Source: the human T2T-CHM13v2.0 reference genome, Homo sapiens
Assembly: GCF_009914755.1 (NCBI RefSeq)
Contig: NC_060934.1
Reading direction: 5' to 3' (one strand)
Length of the DNA: 64,000 nt
Of the stretch, positions 53,353 through 64,000 are shown piece by piece (positions within the stretch are counted from its first letter, which is position 1; each line of letters begins with the position of its first letter). The translations under genes were made by a program, and so were the position numbers. A model generated the notes under the pieces. The model was given only the letters and a program-made list of their open reading frames with translations, was not told the DNA's origin and made no database searches.

Positions 53353-53679
53353 TTTTTTGTTTTGTTTTGCTTTGTTTGAGACAGGGTGTTGCTCTGTCAC
53401 CCAGGCTGTAGTGCAATAATGTGATCATGACTCACTGCAGCCTCAGCCTCCTGGGATCAAGAGGAGCTGAGCCTCCTCAGCCTCCTGAGGAGCTGAGACT
53501 ACAGGTGCTCACTGCCATGCTTGGCTACTGTTTTATTTTTTTTATTTTTATTTTTTTTTTGTACAGTGAAGGCATCACTACATTGCCCAGGCTTATGTCC
53601 AACTCCTTGGCTCAAGCAATCTGTCTGCCTCTGCCTCCCAACGTGCTTGGATTACAGCCATGAGCCACCGTACCCAGCC
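53353..53679 (-). mobile_element. AluJ, full length, diverged
   Basis: gatcatgactcactgcagcctc and ggctcaagcaatctg J-type features. Confidence 0.9.
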
Positions 53680-53703
53680 CTTTTTCATTCTTAAGATGAG
53701 GCT

Positions 53704-55297
53704 TGACTTTTTAATTATAGCCATTCTGACTGGTATGAGATGGTATCTCATTGGGGTTTTGATTTGCATTTCTCTAATGATCAGTGATATTGAGCTTTTT
53801 TTCATATGCTTCTTGGTCACATATACATCTTCTTTAGAAAAGTGTTCATAACTTTTGCCCACTTTATAATGAGGTTGTTCATTTTTTTCTTGTAAATTTG
53901 TTTAAGTTTCTTATAGATGCTAGATATTAGACCTTTGTCAGATGCATATTTCGCAAATATTTTATCCTATTCTTTAGGATGTCTGTTTACCCTGTTGATA
54001 GTTTCTTTGGCTGTGCAGAAGATTGTTAGTTTAATTAGATCTCTTTCGTCAATTTTTGCTTTCGTTGCAATTGCTTTTGGTGTCTTTGTCATGTTGCCCA
54101 TTCTTATGTCCAGAGTAGTATTGCCTAGGTTGTCTTCCATGGTTTTTATTGTTTTGGGTTTTACATTTAAGTCTTTAATCCATCTTGAGTTGATTTTTGT
54201 ATATGGTATAAGGAAGGGATCCAGTTTCAATCTTCTGCATATGGACAGCCAGTTATCCCCACACAATTTATTGAATAAGAAGAGTTTTTCTCCATTGCTC
54301 TTTTTTTTTTTTTTTTTTTGGCTTTCTCAAATATCAGATGGTCATAGGTGTGCAGCCTTTTTTCTGGGCTCTTTTGTTCCATTGGTCTATGTGTCTGTTT
54401 TTGTACTAGTACCATGCTGTTTTGGTAATTAGAGCCTTGTTCCATTGTTTGAAGTTGGGTAACGTGATGCCTCCAGCTTTGTTCTTTTTGCTTAAGATTG
54501 CCTTGGCTATTCAGGCTCTTTTTTGGTTCCACACGAATTTTAAAATAGTTTTTCTACTTATGTGAAGAATGTCCTTGGTAGTTTGATAGAAATAGAAGTG
54601 AATCTATAATTGCTTTGGGCAGTATGGCCACTTTATATAACAGATTTTGCAAGGTATTGAGAAAAGGAAGCTTATACACTGTTGGTGTGAGTGTAACCAC
54701 CATTGTGGAAAGCAGTGTGGCAATTCCTCAAAGAGCTAAAAACATAACTACCATTAGAGTCAGCAATCCCTTTACTGGGTATACATCCAGAGAAATATAA
54801 ATCATTCTCCCATAAAGACCCATGGACATGAATGTTCATTGCAGTACTATTTACAATAGTAAAGACATAGAATGAACCAAAATGCTCATCACTGAGAGAC
54901 TGGATAAAGAAAATGTGGTACATATTCACCATGGAATACTATGCAGCCATAAAAAAGAACAATATTATGTCTCTTGTGGGAACATGGATTGAGCCGAAGG
55001 CCACTATCCTTAGGAAACTAATACAGGAACAGAAAGACAAATACCACATGTTCTTACTTATAATTGGGTGCTAAGTGATGAGAACTCATAGACACAAAGA
55101 AGGAAGAAACAGACGCTAAGACTTCCTTGGGGGTGAAGGATTGGAGGACGGAGAAGATCAGAAAAACTAACTATTGGGTACTAGGATTAGTGCCTGGGTG
55201 GCAAAGTAATCAGTACAACAAAACCCTGTGACACAAGTTTAGCTATGTAACAAACCTGCACATGTACCTCTGAACCTAAAACAAAATAAAAAAAAAG
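53704..55297 (+). mobile_element. 5'-inverted older L1PA insertion: antisense ORF2 segment 53704-54634, sense 3' segment about 54637-55297 with A tail
   Basis: Minus-strand ORFs give L1 ORF2 C-terminal peptides ([37 protein letters not shown]; [26 protein letters not shown]). The plus segment resumes at taacagat... and ends cacatgtacctctgaacctaaaa followed by A-rich sequence. Confidence 0.9.
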
Positions 55298-56921
55298 ATC
55301 AAAATTTAAAGCTACTGATGGTTAACAATGTGCCTAGTCAGATTCAAGAGACAGTAGTCTCTTTGTCACAACTTAGTGAAAATACAAATTACCATTCCCA
55401 TCTGTTGAAACCATAGCCAAAATTGGTTGTTTTTTTCACTTAAAATCTCTTTTCTCAAATCACATCAAAACATGCGTGGCTTGAAGTGGTTAAGGAGGAA
55501 AGGTGTTAGAGGGCTTTGCAGAGTGTACATGAACAGAGAACGGATCCAGGTCTTGGGCGATAAGGAGAGAGGTTAATTACTTTAACCGCGAAGTATATAG
55601 TCCAAAAGAATTTGCATGATTGCTTCCTTGTCAATAAAAATAAACCAATTGCAAGCAAAAACTTCTATTTATCTCAGGGCCATTAACTAATATACTGTAT
55701 ATATTTTATGTGTGTGGTTTTAGAACAAGAATATGTGTGAGAGTAGAAGACAGAAAGAATAATTAGCACATAAAATTTGTCCTCTGAATATTTTTAGAGA
55801 ATGAGGTCCCAAAAATGCTTGAGAAGGGCAGGTATATAGAATGGAAAGAGTGTTGAGATTTGGAATCCAAGCTGGATTTGAGTATGGACTTATTCTCACT
55901 CTGAGCAAACCATTACTCTTATTTTTTTAATACATCAACTAAATTTAATAATAATACACACTATACAGGGTTGTCCTGAGGTTTAAATGAGATTGCATTT
56001 GTGAATGTGCTCCATAAACTACGGGTTCCATTTACAGTGGGACCCATAAATAATAAATTACATTTATAATTTCATTATATTGAATTATGAAGCCATTGTG
56101 GTACTTTCTATGAAAGGTTTATGATATTCTAAGAATAGTTTTTTATATATATATTACAGTGAAAAGCCACGGCACTATTGTGGTAGAAACATAGTTATAT
56201 CCTTAAATAGCAATGCAAGTGTTTTACATATATTAGTTTAGGGAGATCTTCTGTAATATTCTTAAGGCTGATATGTATTATAATCATAATCATAATTACC
56301 ATCATAGCACGTGGTAGTAGCAGTAGTAGTAGTAAATGGATATTAGAAAAATCATCTTAATCTTTTAGTTTCTAAACAGATATTAATTTAGGAACAACTT
56401 TACTTTTTGATTCATGAAATTGATATACAGACACTGCAGAGATCATATAGGCAAGTTTATCCTAAGATGTTAACAGTGTTATTGCATGTTGCCACAATTT
56501 TTTTTTCTTTGTTCAGAGAATCAGAAAGAGAAATTGACTTAGGACCCACTCTCTAAACACCACACTTACGATTTTCATTCATGAGACTTAGATATTTCTT
56601 TATAGTTACAGGTTTTCCTTAGTACTCCCACCCTTCCTTTGTTCTGGTTCCTAATCAATATTATGACAGAAAAACAGAGAATCTTGCTATTAATATCGCT
56701 GATTTCAGCAGAAATTACAGAATCCAGTTTAGAGAATAACTGAGCTAAAGAGAAAAAATATTTTGTGACGTTTTTGTCTTTTTAATTATTGTGTGGCTAA
56801 AAATAGGGAATTTCTGCCAACATATCCACTGTGACTTTGTCCATCTGAGTTTTAAATAAATCAGGTGATTGGTCTCTTATTATTGCTCCTGGGAACTTGT
56901 TCTGTCATGTAACAGAAGTGA

Positions 56922-57290
<369 letters not shown>

Positions 57291-58269
57291 TTATTTTTGA
57301 TATAATATCCCCAGGCTCAATTCTTGAGAAAATTTCCTCTGCACAATTTCACTTTCATGAAGAAATCAATGGGAATAAATTAAAAAAAAAAAAAAAACAG
57401 AAAAGAATTCACTTGGAAGATGGATTACAGTCAGGGGATCCTGGGGTGTAGGGGATGCAATACTGATAGAGCACATGCCAGGAAAGAAAAGAGCAGGGCA
57501 GAGCCAGGTGAGACCAAAAGACAGGACTAGCTGAAGAGAATAATAGCCTTTCCATTTGGACCTGAACCATCAATGAAATCAATGGAAATCCCCCTACCTC
57601 CTTCTTCCTGGCAACCTCTGAGCTGAAATGAGCCTCCAGATGCTGTTTTAGTTACATCTATGGAGTTAATTCTCATGTTGTTAACTTCAAAATATTTACT
57701 TCACTAAAATCACCCATTTTTCTTCAGGTTAACAGGCTTAGCATGTTAAATATCAGCTGTGGGGCAACTGGGGGAGTGGGTAAAACAACTCTCCTCCGGG
57801 TTATAATAAAAGGATTGTTTTCCCATAGACACCCACTCATCCCCACCTCCTGTGCTTATATCTCTGTGACTATCTGATTTGAACATTGGCTTCTTACAGT
57901 AGTGGATCTTTGAAAGTAATGACAGAAGGGCAGACCTACAGAACACAAAAAAATCTCTTATGGAACTAGCTTCTTTTCTATGTCTCTCATTTAGGTAGTC
58001 AAGAACAGAGTTTCCTGATGAATGTTATAAAGATAAAAGTGTCAGATAAATTTCTTAGGGTACCTTTGGGAAAGGGATCCAAGAAGGAGAGAGATTCATA
58101 GTATTATTTTACCCCTTCCAGCCAAAATTAGGCATGCTTTAATTCAAATATAACCCTTTCTATATTTTATAAACATATAACTCTGCAATTTCCAGACCCT
58201 TCATAAAATTTGAATACCCTGGGTCACATTGCTTTTGGGACAAAACTCAAAGTTGTCAGTGTGACACAC

Positions 58270-58710
58270 AGGAGGCCGCATGAAGTGGCCCTTGTTTATC
58301 ACTCCAGCCTTACCTCTGGCCAGTCTTTCCTTCTTTCTGGACACATCAGCCAATGTGACTTGCTTAAACTGTGTTCTTCCTATGCCCTGCTCCATCTTGT
58401 TTTTTACTAACTTTTGGGAGCATTACTTAATTGTCACATTCTCAGAAAAACTTCTGTTGACTAATTTCACCCTCAGACTGTGTCATTTATTTTCAGATAA
58501 GTTCTAATATAATCCAGCACTATTCCTCTAAAATAGGTACTATATAGACATATATTCACACTAGTCAATATATAAAAATGTTCCTCACTGAAGTGTAGCT
58601 CCATGAGGACAGATACTTTAACTCTTTTGTTCATAATCATCCTCCTAGCACCTGTTCAATACCTGTTGCATTATGGATATCTTGCATCCTTTTCTTGAAT
58701 AAATAACTGT
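58270..58710 (+). mobile_element. L2 3' region
   Basis: cactccagcc...aagtgtagctccatgaggacaga...ttttgttca...cctagcacct...ttgaataaataa. Confidence 0.6.
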
Positions 58711-58983
58711 CATGTTATAGCTTATAATTTAAAAAGTGCTTATGTCTAGCAAGGTGTGACACCTGCGGGAAAAGCTGAATAGAAACGTTAACAACTACTC
58801 GTTTTAATATGAGTAAACAAAGCTTTTTGGAAATATAAACTAGCTTGCTACCTGCTTAACTCATCAAAGTGATGAATTTCTCAAAGACAAACACACACAC
58901 ACCCTCCACCATACAGCTAAACCATCCCTACACAGTGATTTCACTCCTCCTCATCATTGTTTCCATTCATGCTGTGTTTTCCC

Positions 58984-59063
58984 TATTTCATATATATATG
59001 AAATATGTATATGAAATATATATATGAAATATAATATATATGAAATATATTTCATATATATTA
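58984..59063. repeat. AT-rich tandem and palindromic repeat (unit TATATGAAATA)
   Basis: Four sense units flanked by inverted units; perfect palindromes at 58984-59005 and 59032-59063. Confidence 0.9.
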
Positions 59064-59851
59064 GTTTAAATTGTAAACCTACTGAGAAAGGATCATAGAT
59101 TTTTTAAAAAGCAGTCAGCTCACTATTAAATAATGCTTACAATACTACTTAAGAATAACAACTACAACATACGTCTTGGGAAATTTAAGAGGCTCTCACA
59201 GTGCTTTTATCTTGGTAGTGGGTAGATAACTGTACTATATAAATCCAACTTGACAGGTGTAGTATAAGAATGAAAAGATTCTCTGATATTTTGTAGACAG
59301 GAAAAAATCATGTATCATTCAGAAGCTGTTTCTTCCTAATATATGAATAAAGGAATAAAGGTAAATATAAATTCCAATGGTTCATGGGCAGATAAAAAAT
59401 GCTAGTTTTAGGGAGGAAAACAACTGCTTCAGAAACATTTATTAGGGTAAAAGCAAATTAAAATGCCAAGAAGTGAGAAGGAATTAATAATGATAAGATT
59501 ATTGAAAAGAAGACCAAAGGGCTTAGAATGTATCTATGTAGGAGCATAGCTATGATCATTGTGATAAAGTTGAGTTGGAGAAGAATTTTTAGGGGAGATG
59601 TTTGAACCCTCAGGAGGATTCAAACTGTAACTATTTCCATTTTCCTAAGTTTAAATTTGAAGTTCAACAGTAGGTGATACACATATACCCTAAGCTGAAA
59701 TGCCAAGAGTAATAGGAAAGGAGGAAGGGACCAAGAAGTGGGATCCAAGGAGAATGTGTGAATTTAATCCAGTTTATTAAGACCTCCTTCATTCTTCCAA
59801 TAAACAATCACCTGTTTTCACCTGGATTCCTCTTTACTCACTGCTTGTTTC

Positions 59852-60061
59852 TTTTTCTTTAAACAGCTTTATTGAGGTATAATCGATATACAAAATACTA
59901 CACATATTTAATGTGTATCATTTGATGAGTTTAGACAAAAGAGAACACCTGTTATACCATTACCACAATCAAGGTAATGGACATAACCGACATTTCCCAA
60001 AATTTCCTTGTGTTGTTTGTTTTATTTGTAGTAAGAACACTTAACATAAGATTTATCCTCT
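59852..60061 (-). mobile_element. L1MA/MB 3' terminus
   Basis: aacagctttattgaggtataat...tttgatgagttt...gtaagaacacttaacataagatttatcctct. Confidence 0.8.
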
Positions 60062-60516
60062 CCCCTGGAGTATAGGCAGTCTAGTGATTTGCTTCTAACC
60101 TACTGAGTATGAAAAAGATTATGGCATGCCACTTTCATGATTAGCCTATATAAGATTATATAACTTGTTTTGCGGTATCAGAATCTGTCTATTGCCTACT
60201 AGGCCATACACTTTGAGGAAGAAAGAATCCATGTTGCTGAAGTCCACATTTCAAGGGAATAAAGGCAGCCTCCAATCAAGAACCAGCTAAGAACTGAGGC
60301 CCCTAGTCCAACCACCCTCATAGTACTTAATTCTGCCAACAACGACATGAGCTTGGAAGCCCCTATTCAAGTTTTCATATGAGACCTCAGTTTTAGGTAA
60401 CCTCCTCACTGCAGGCTGGTGAATGACTCATGCACAGGATTCAGCTAAGCCATGTCCAGACACCTGAGACACAAAAAATGTAAGGTAATATATGTGTGAT
60501 CTCTTTTAAGCTGCTA
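60062..60516 (+). mobile_element. Partial MaLR LTR, MLT1E/F-like
   Basis: gtgatttgcttctaacc...gaactgaggccc...aattctgccaacaac...tgagcttggaagc...cagctaagccatg...ttttaagctgctaa. Confidence 0.8.
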
Positions 60517-62146
60517 AAAAAAATCCAGAACACTCTGTTAAGACATGGATCCAAGGTAAACACTCAGTCAAGAAGTGGCTGTCAGATTTTTACTAACAAT
60601 TTTGAAAATATTAAAGTGGCATCTTGTGAACATTTCCGATGGAAATAAAGATCCAACTGGGTCTCAGCAATATGGAAGTCTTGGTCTTATAGAAGCCAGA
60701 TATATATCATGTTTATAGAGGCATATCTGAAAAGAATTGTATTTGTGGTTTTTCGCATAAAGAATAGACAAATTTAACTATGCAAATATAAAATGATTCC
60801 AGATGTCTAAATCTTATATATGAAAGTAAGAGATGAATATCTTAATTTGTTTCAGCATAGTAACCAGTTTACTATCTATATATATATGTAGATAGATAGA
60901 TATAGATAGATAGATTTTATAACATCATGTTATATACCTAAAATATACACAATAAAATTTATTTAGAAATTATTATATGCAGACAGACCTGGGAAACTTC
61001 AAAATGCAATTGGCTTAAGGGCTACAAATAAGAGATTATTCACAAATTTCTTCCAGATGTCTCACTTCTCAAAGTTTATCCCAAAAAAGTTTATCCCAAA
61101 AAAGTCTGCTTTGTCCTCTCAAACCTGATATATTCTTTGCCTCAACTGGATTCCAATCCATGGGCTGCCTTGCATTGCCACCATTTTTACTTTCAATGAT
61201 TCCAGCTTCTTTCAGGCCCACATACACATGGCAGAAAATAACATGATTAAGTTACAAGCTGCCAAAAAGAGTTTGTTATAAGACAGACATCGATTATCCT
61301 TTAATTGTGTCCATGTGAATTGCTGGCTACCCCGGAGAGCTTTAATTTAAAAAAAAAAATGGATTTTGGTTATCAAAGTGCAAAGAAAATAAAATGTAAT
61401 CATATATAATTTTTTCTTTTTTCTTTTTTCCAATTGTGATTATTAAATTAGAAAAGTATGACACCACTGAGAAGAGTATTATGAATGTTTAATGTTTCCA
61501 GGTCACTTCACTGTTCATGAAGAGACTGCCCCGGACTTAGAGACCACAGGTGAGGTTGAGCATATAGAACAGATAAGCAAAAAAATTGTGACATTTTTTG
61601 CACTGATGCCTAGATGCTCAGTTTTTGTGACTTAGTCATTTGTATGGCTCTGTAAGACTTGATACCCATGAGGCTGTGCAGATTCAGCCCACTGACTTCA
61701 GGTAGGTGTTATTGTACAGATTTTAGTGCAAGTAAGAGACGCTTTTTCTCAGAGGAAAGAAAAGGGCTGTAGGCAAGCAGGCAAAGTGAGGCATTGGACT
61801 CGGAAACAAGAGAGGTGTGCTCTGGTTACTGACACATATGGGCAAAGCACACACATTGTTAGTTTTCATTTCCTTCCATAAAATGGTGCTAAGGGAACAT
61901 TAAACAAATGTGCTAGCATTAAACACAAGTGAAGTGTTTATTCCTTCTCCTTTCTCTAATTTTGAGTCTAATCACTCAATACTTTAACCCTTATGCTTTT
62001 TATGAAGTCTGTGATAGAGTCTTTTCTTGAACTGAGTCAATGGCAAACTGGAATCAGAATGAGACAATCTCAAGTATTATTAATCAATATACGAAGGAAT
62101 AAGCATATGCTGGATGGGGGTAGGTATGTACTGCATTGCACATTCC

Positions 62147-62172
62147 AAAAAGAAGGAAAGAAAAGAAAAGAA

Positions 62173-62228
<56 letters not shown>

Positions 62229-62261
62229 GAAAGAAAGAAGAAAGAAAGCGAAAGAAAGAAA
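62147..62261. repeat. (GAAA)n polypurine microsatellite
   Basis: About 115 bp of almost pure purine sequence with more than 12 consecutive GAAA units. Confidence 0.97.
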
Positions 62262-62724
62262 TTTGGCATTCTTTTCCCTCGTGGACTTGCTATAGTCCTA
62301 GGGCGCTTTGGCAACTTGGTGAACTAGATTCCTCTCTCTGACTTTCCCCAGTGCAGCACCAAGTTTCTTCTTAGCATCTTCAAATGGACATTAGAAACTT
62401 TTTCTTCCATTCTATTTTTTTACCCTTGCTCTGAGGATATACACATATTTTTGTGTGTTGTAGCACAGTGAATTCGGATGCTTCAGGTTGCAGCTCAGGT
62501 CTTACTGTTTATTCCAAGACACGGAACTCTAGTTAGATTAACTCATTCTTTGATTCAGTATTCAATTCACTCTTAGATTTATAGTAAATAAAATTATCAC
62601 TGTTTTATTGCATTTAAACTCAACTTTAAGCAGTCTTCTTTTCAGCAGGCTCAGGAGAAAAAAATATTTTGATACTTCTTCAAATTCCACGTCCTACCAT
62701 CCCCTTACTCACAAAAGGTCTTAG

Positions 62725-62930
62725 TAGGAACTAATGCATCCTAAGCTTCAGGGCCCACACTTGCAAGAGTCCCTTTCCAAGTCACACTGATTTCTCACTC
62801 CAAAAAAAAAAGTATTTATTTTCATTTTACCTAGTTTATCTAGTTTTTTATTCAAGGAAATATATGTAGATTTCCTTGAAGAGGCTGCCCCCACCAAATT
62901 GTTAAGATTCTGGCCCTACAAATCCTTGTC
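62725..62930. mobile_element. MER53-like DNA transposon MITE
   Basis: taagcttcagggcccacacttgca...ttccaag and ggccctacaaatcct resemble the MER53 consensus as I recall it. Confidence 0.5.
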
Positions 62931-64000
62931 CTACTTTTAGATGGTACAGTGACCCTACTCCCATAAATTCTTTTCTCCACCCCCAGGTTTCCTAACTCTC
63001 CTAAGTATCCTTGGAAAGGTAAAGTGGCAGACATCAAAAAAAGATAAAATTAAACAACAAAGTTGTAAACTTGGCAGAGTCAAAACAGACTATGAGTATA
63101 GGATAGAGTGGTAGCATGAAGGATAGAACGCTGGGGGAAGTAGGTCAGGATTAATATTTTAGCACTATCATGAAGCCTGTCATAGTCATTAGACCCTAAT
63201 CATATGGTGGAAGTTGAGTAGTAGACAAATTAGATGTATAGCGAAAAAAGGCAGATAAGGAAGATTGAGGATATTTTTAATGAACAGTGAAGCAAAACAC
63301 ACAGATTAAATTAAGAGCCTTTCCTTTTATATTTACCCCAAAACTAAAATTATAAATTTTTATTTTGCTATCCAAAAAAGCAATTCATAAAGAATAGCTG
63401 ACATAATAAGAAAAAAACCCCACAAAACTGTTAATGTTAAGTGATGTGATGAGGCAAGAAGGGAGAGTCTCCTGATGCCCCATGAGATGGTATGACTATT
63501 CAGAATATAAATAGAACTATTAAAAAATACTTTTGGTTGTTTAGGAACATGAACGAATTCAAAGAAAGTATCTGTTGTAAACTAGAATTGACTTCTAGAT
63601 ATTTCACTGCCCGTGAACCAAATCCAGCACATCTATTGCCTTAACAAGAATTCATCAGGATGCCCCCTCCCTATGGATAAATTATGCAATTGCAAATATC
63701 TGGATAAAGGGCAGGCAGCCTGACAATTTTCAGAACCTCTCTTTGCATTCTCATGTGTTTTCAATTTTCTTTATAAAAGTTCTAGAATATTTTGAGGGGT
63801 TGTGCTTGCTCACTTCCCGTGAATTTGGAAAATCTATGATAAAAGAAACTAGGCATTCTATTTTCTTTAGCACCGTTAAGAATTCTGTTCAGTTCAATTC
63901 AATACAAATTTGTTGAGCATGAATTATCTTAGATCCTTCTACATTGTTATATTGAGTTTTTATGTATCTCTTGTAATGTTGTTTAAATTTTTCATATATT

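Noticed and set aside
53593-54932. ORFs with clear protein similarity
   Set aside because: They are frameshifted remnants of L1 ORF2, or its antisense, within a truncated and inverted L1, not a gene.

Overview
AT-rich, CpG-depleted primate genomic DNA, most likely human because it carries a near-pristine AluYa5-lineage insertion. It looks like a gene desert or the interior of a large intron or lncRNA locus. I can support no protein-coding gene, tRNA, rRNA or CRISPR array. The informative ORFs in the track derive from Alu, L1, LTR or microsatellite sequence; the rest look like chance frames. Interspersed repeats dominate: about a dozen Alus (FLAM, J, S, Y, Ya5-like), L1 fragments of many ages, L2/MIR relics, DNA-transposon MITEs (MER2, MER5, MER47-like, MER53-like) and many LTRs (MLT1, MST, THE1, MLT2, MER57-like, LTR16-like, and a complete solo LTR12C). 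The most notable points are: (1) an intact LTR12C promoter with an exact 160-bp higher-order CCAAT array and a candidate exon just downstream; (2) two convergent THE1 elements forming an inverted repeat of about 1.65 kb, with a perfect 28-bp hairpin in the spacer; (3) a MER57-like LTR that looks like an L1-retroposed polyadenylated transcript; (4) a short locally templated insertion inside an MLT2 LTR; (5) a very young, possibly polymorphic Alu; (6) a twin-primed L1; (7) several candidate non-coding exons. I found no convincing new biological system. Repeat subfamily names come from my recall of consensus sequences, not from a database search, and boundaries of old repeats are approximate.
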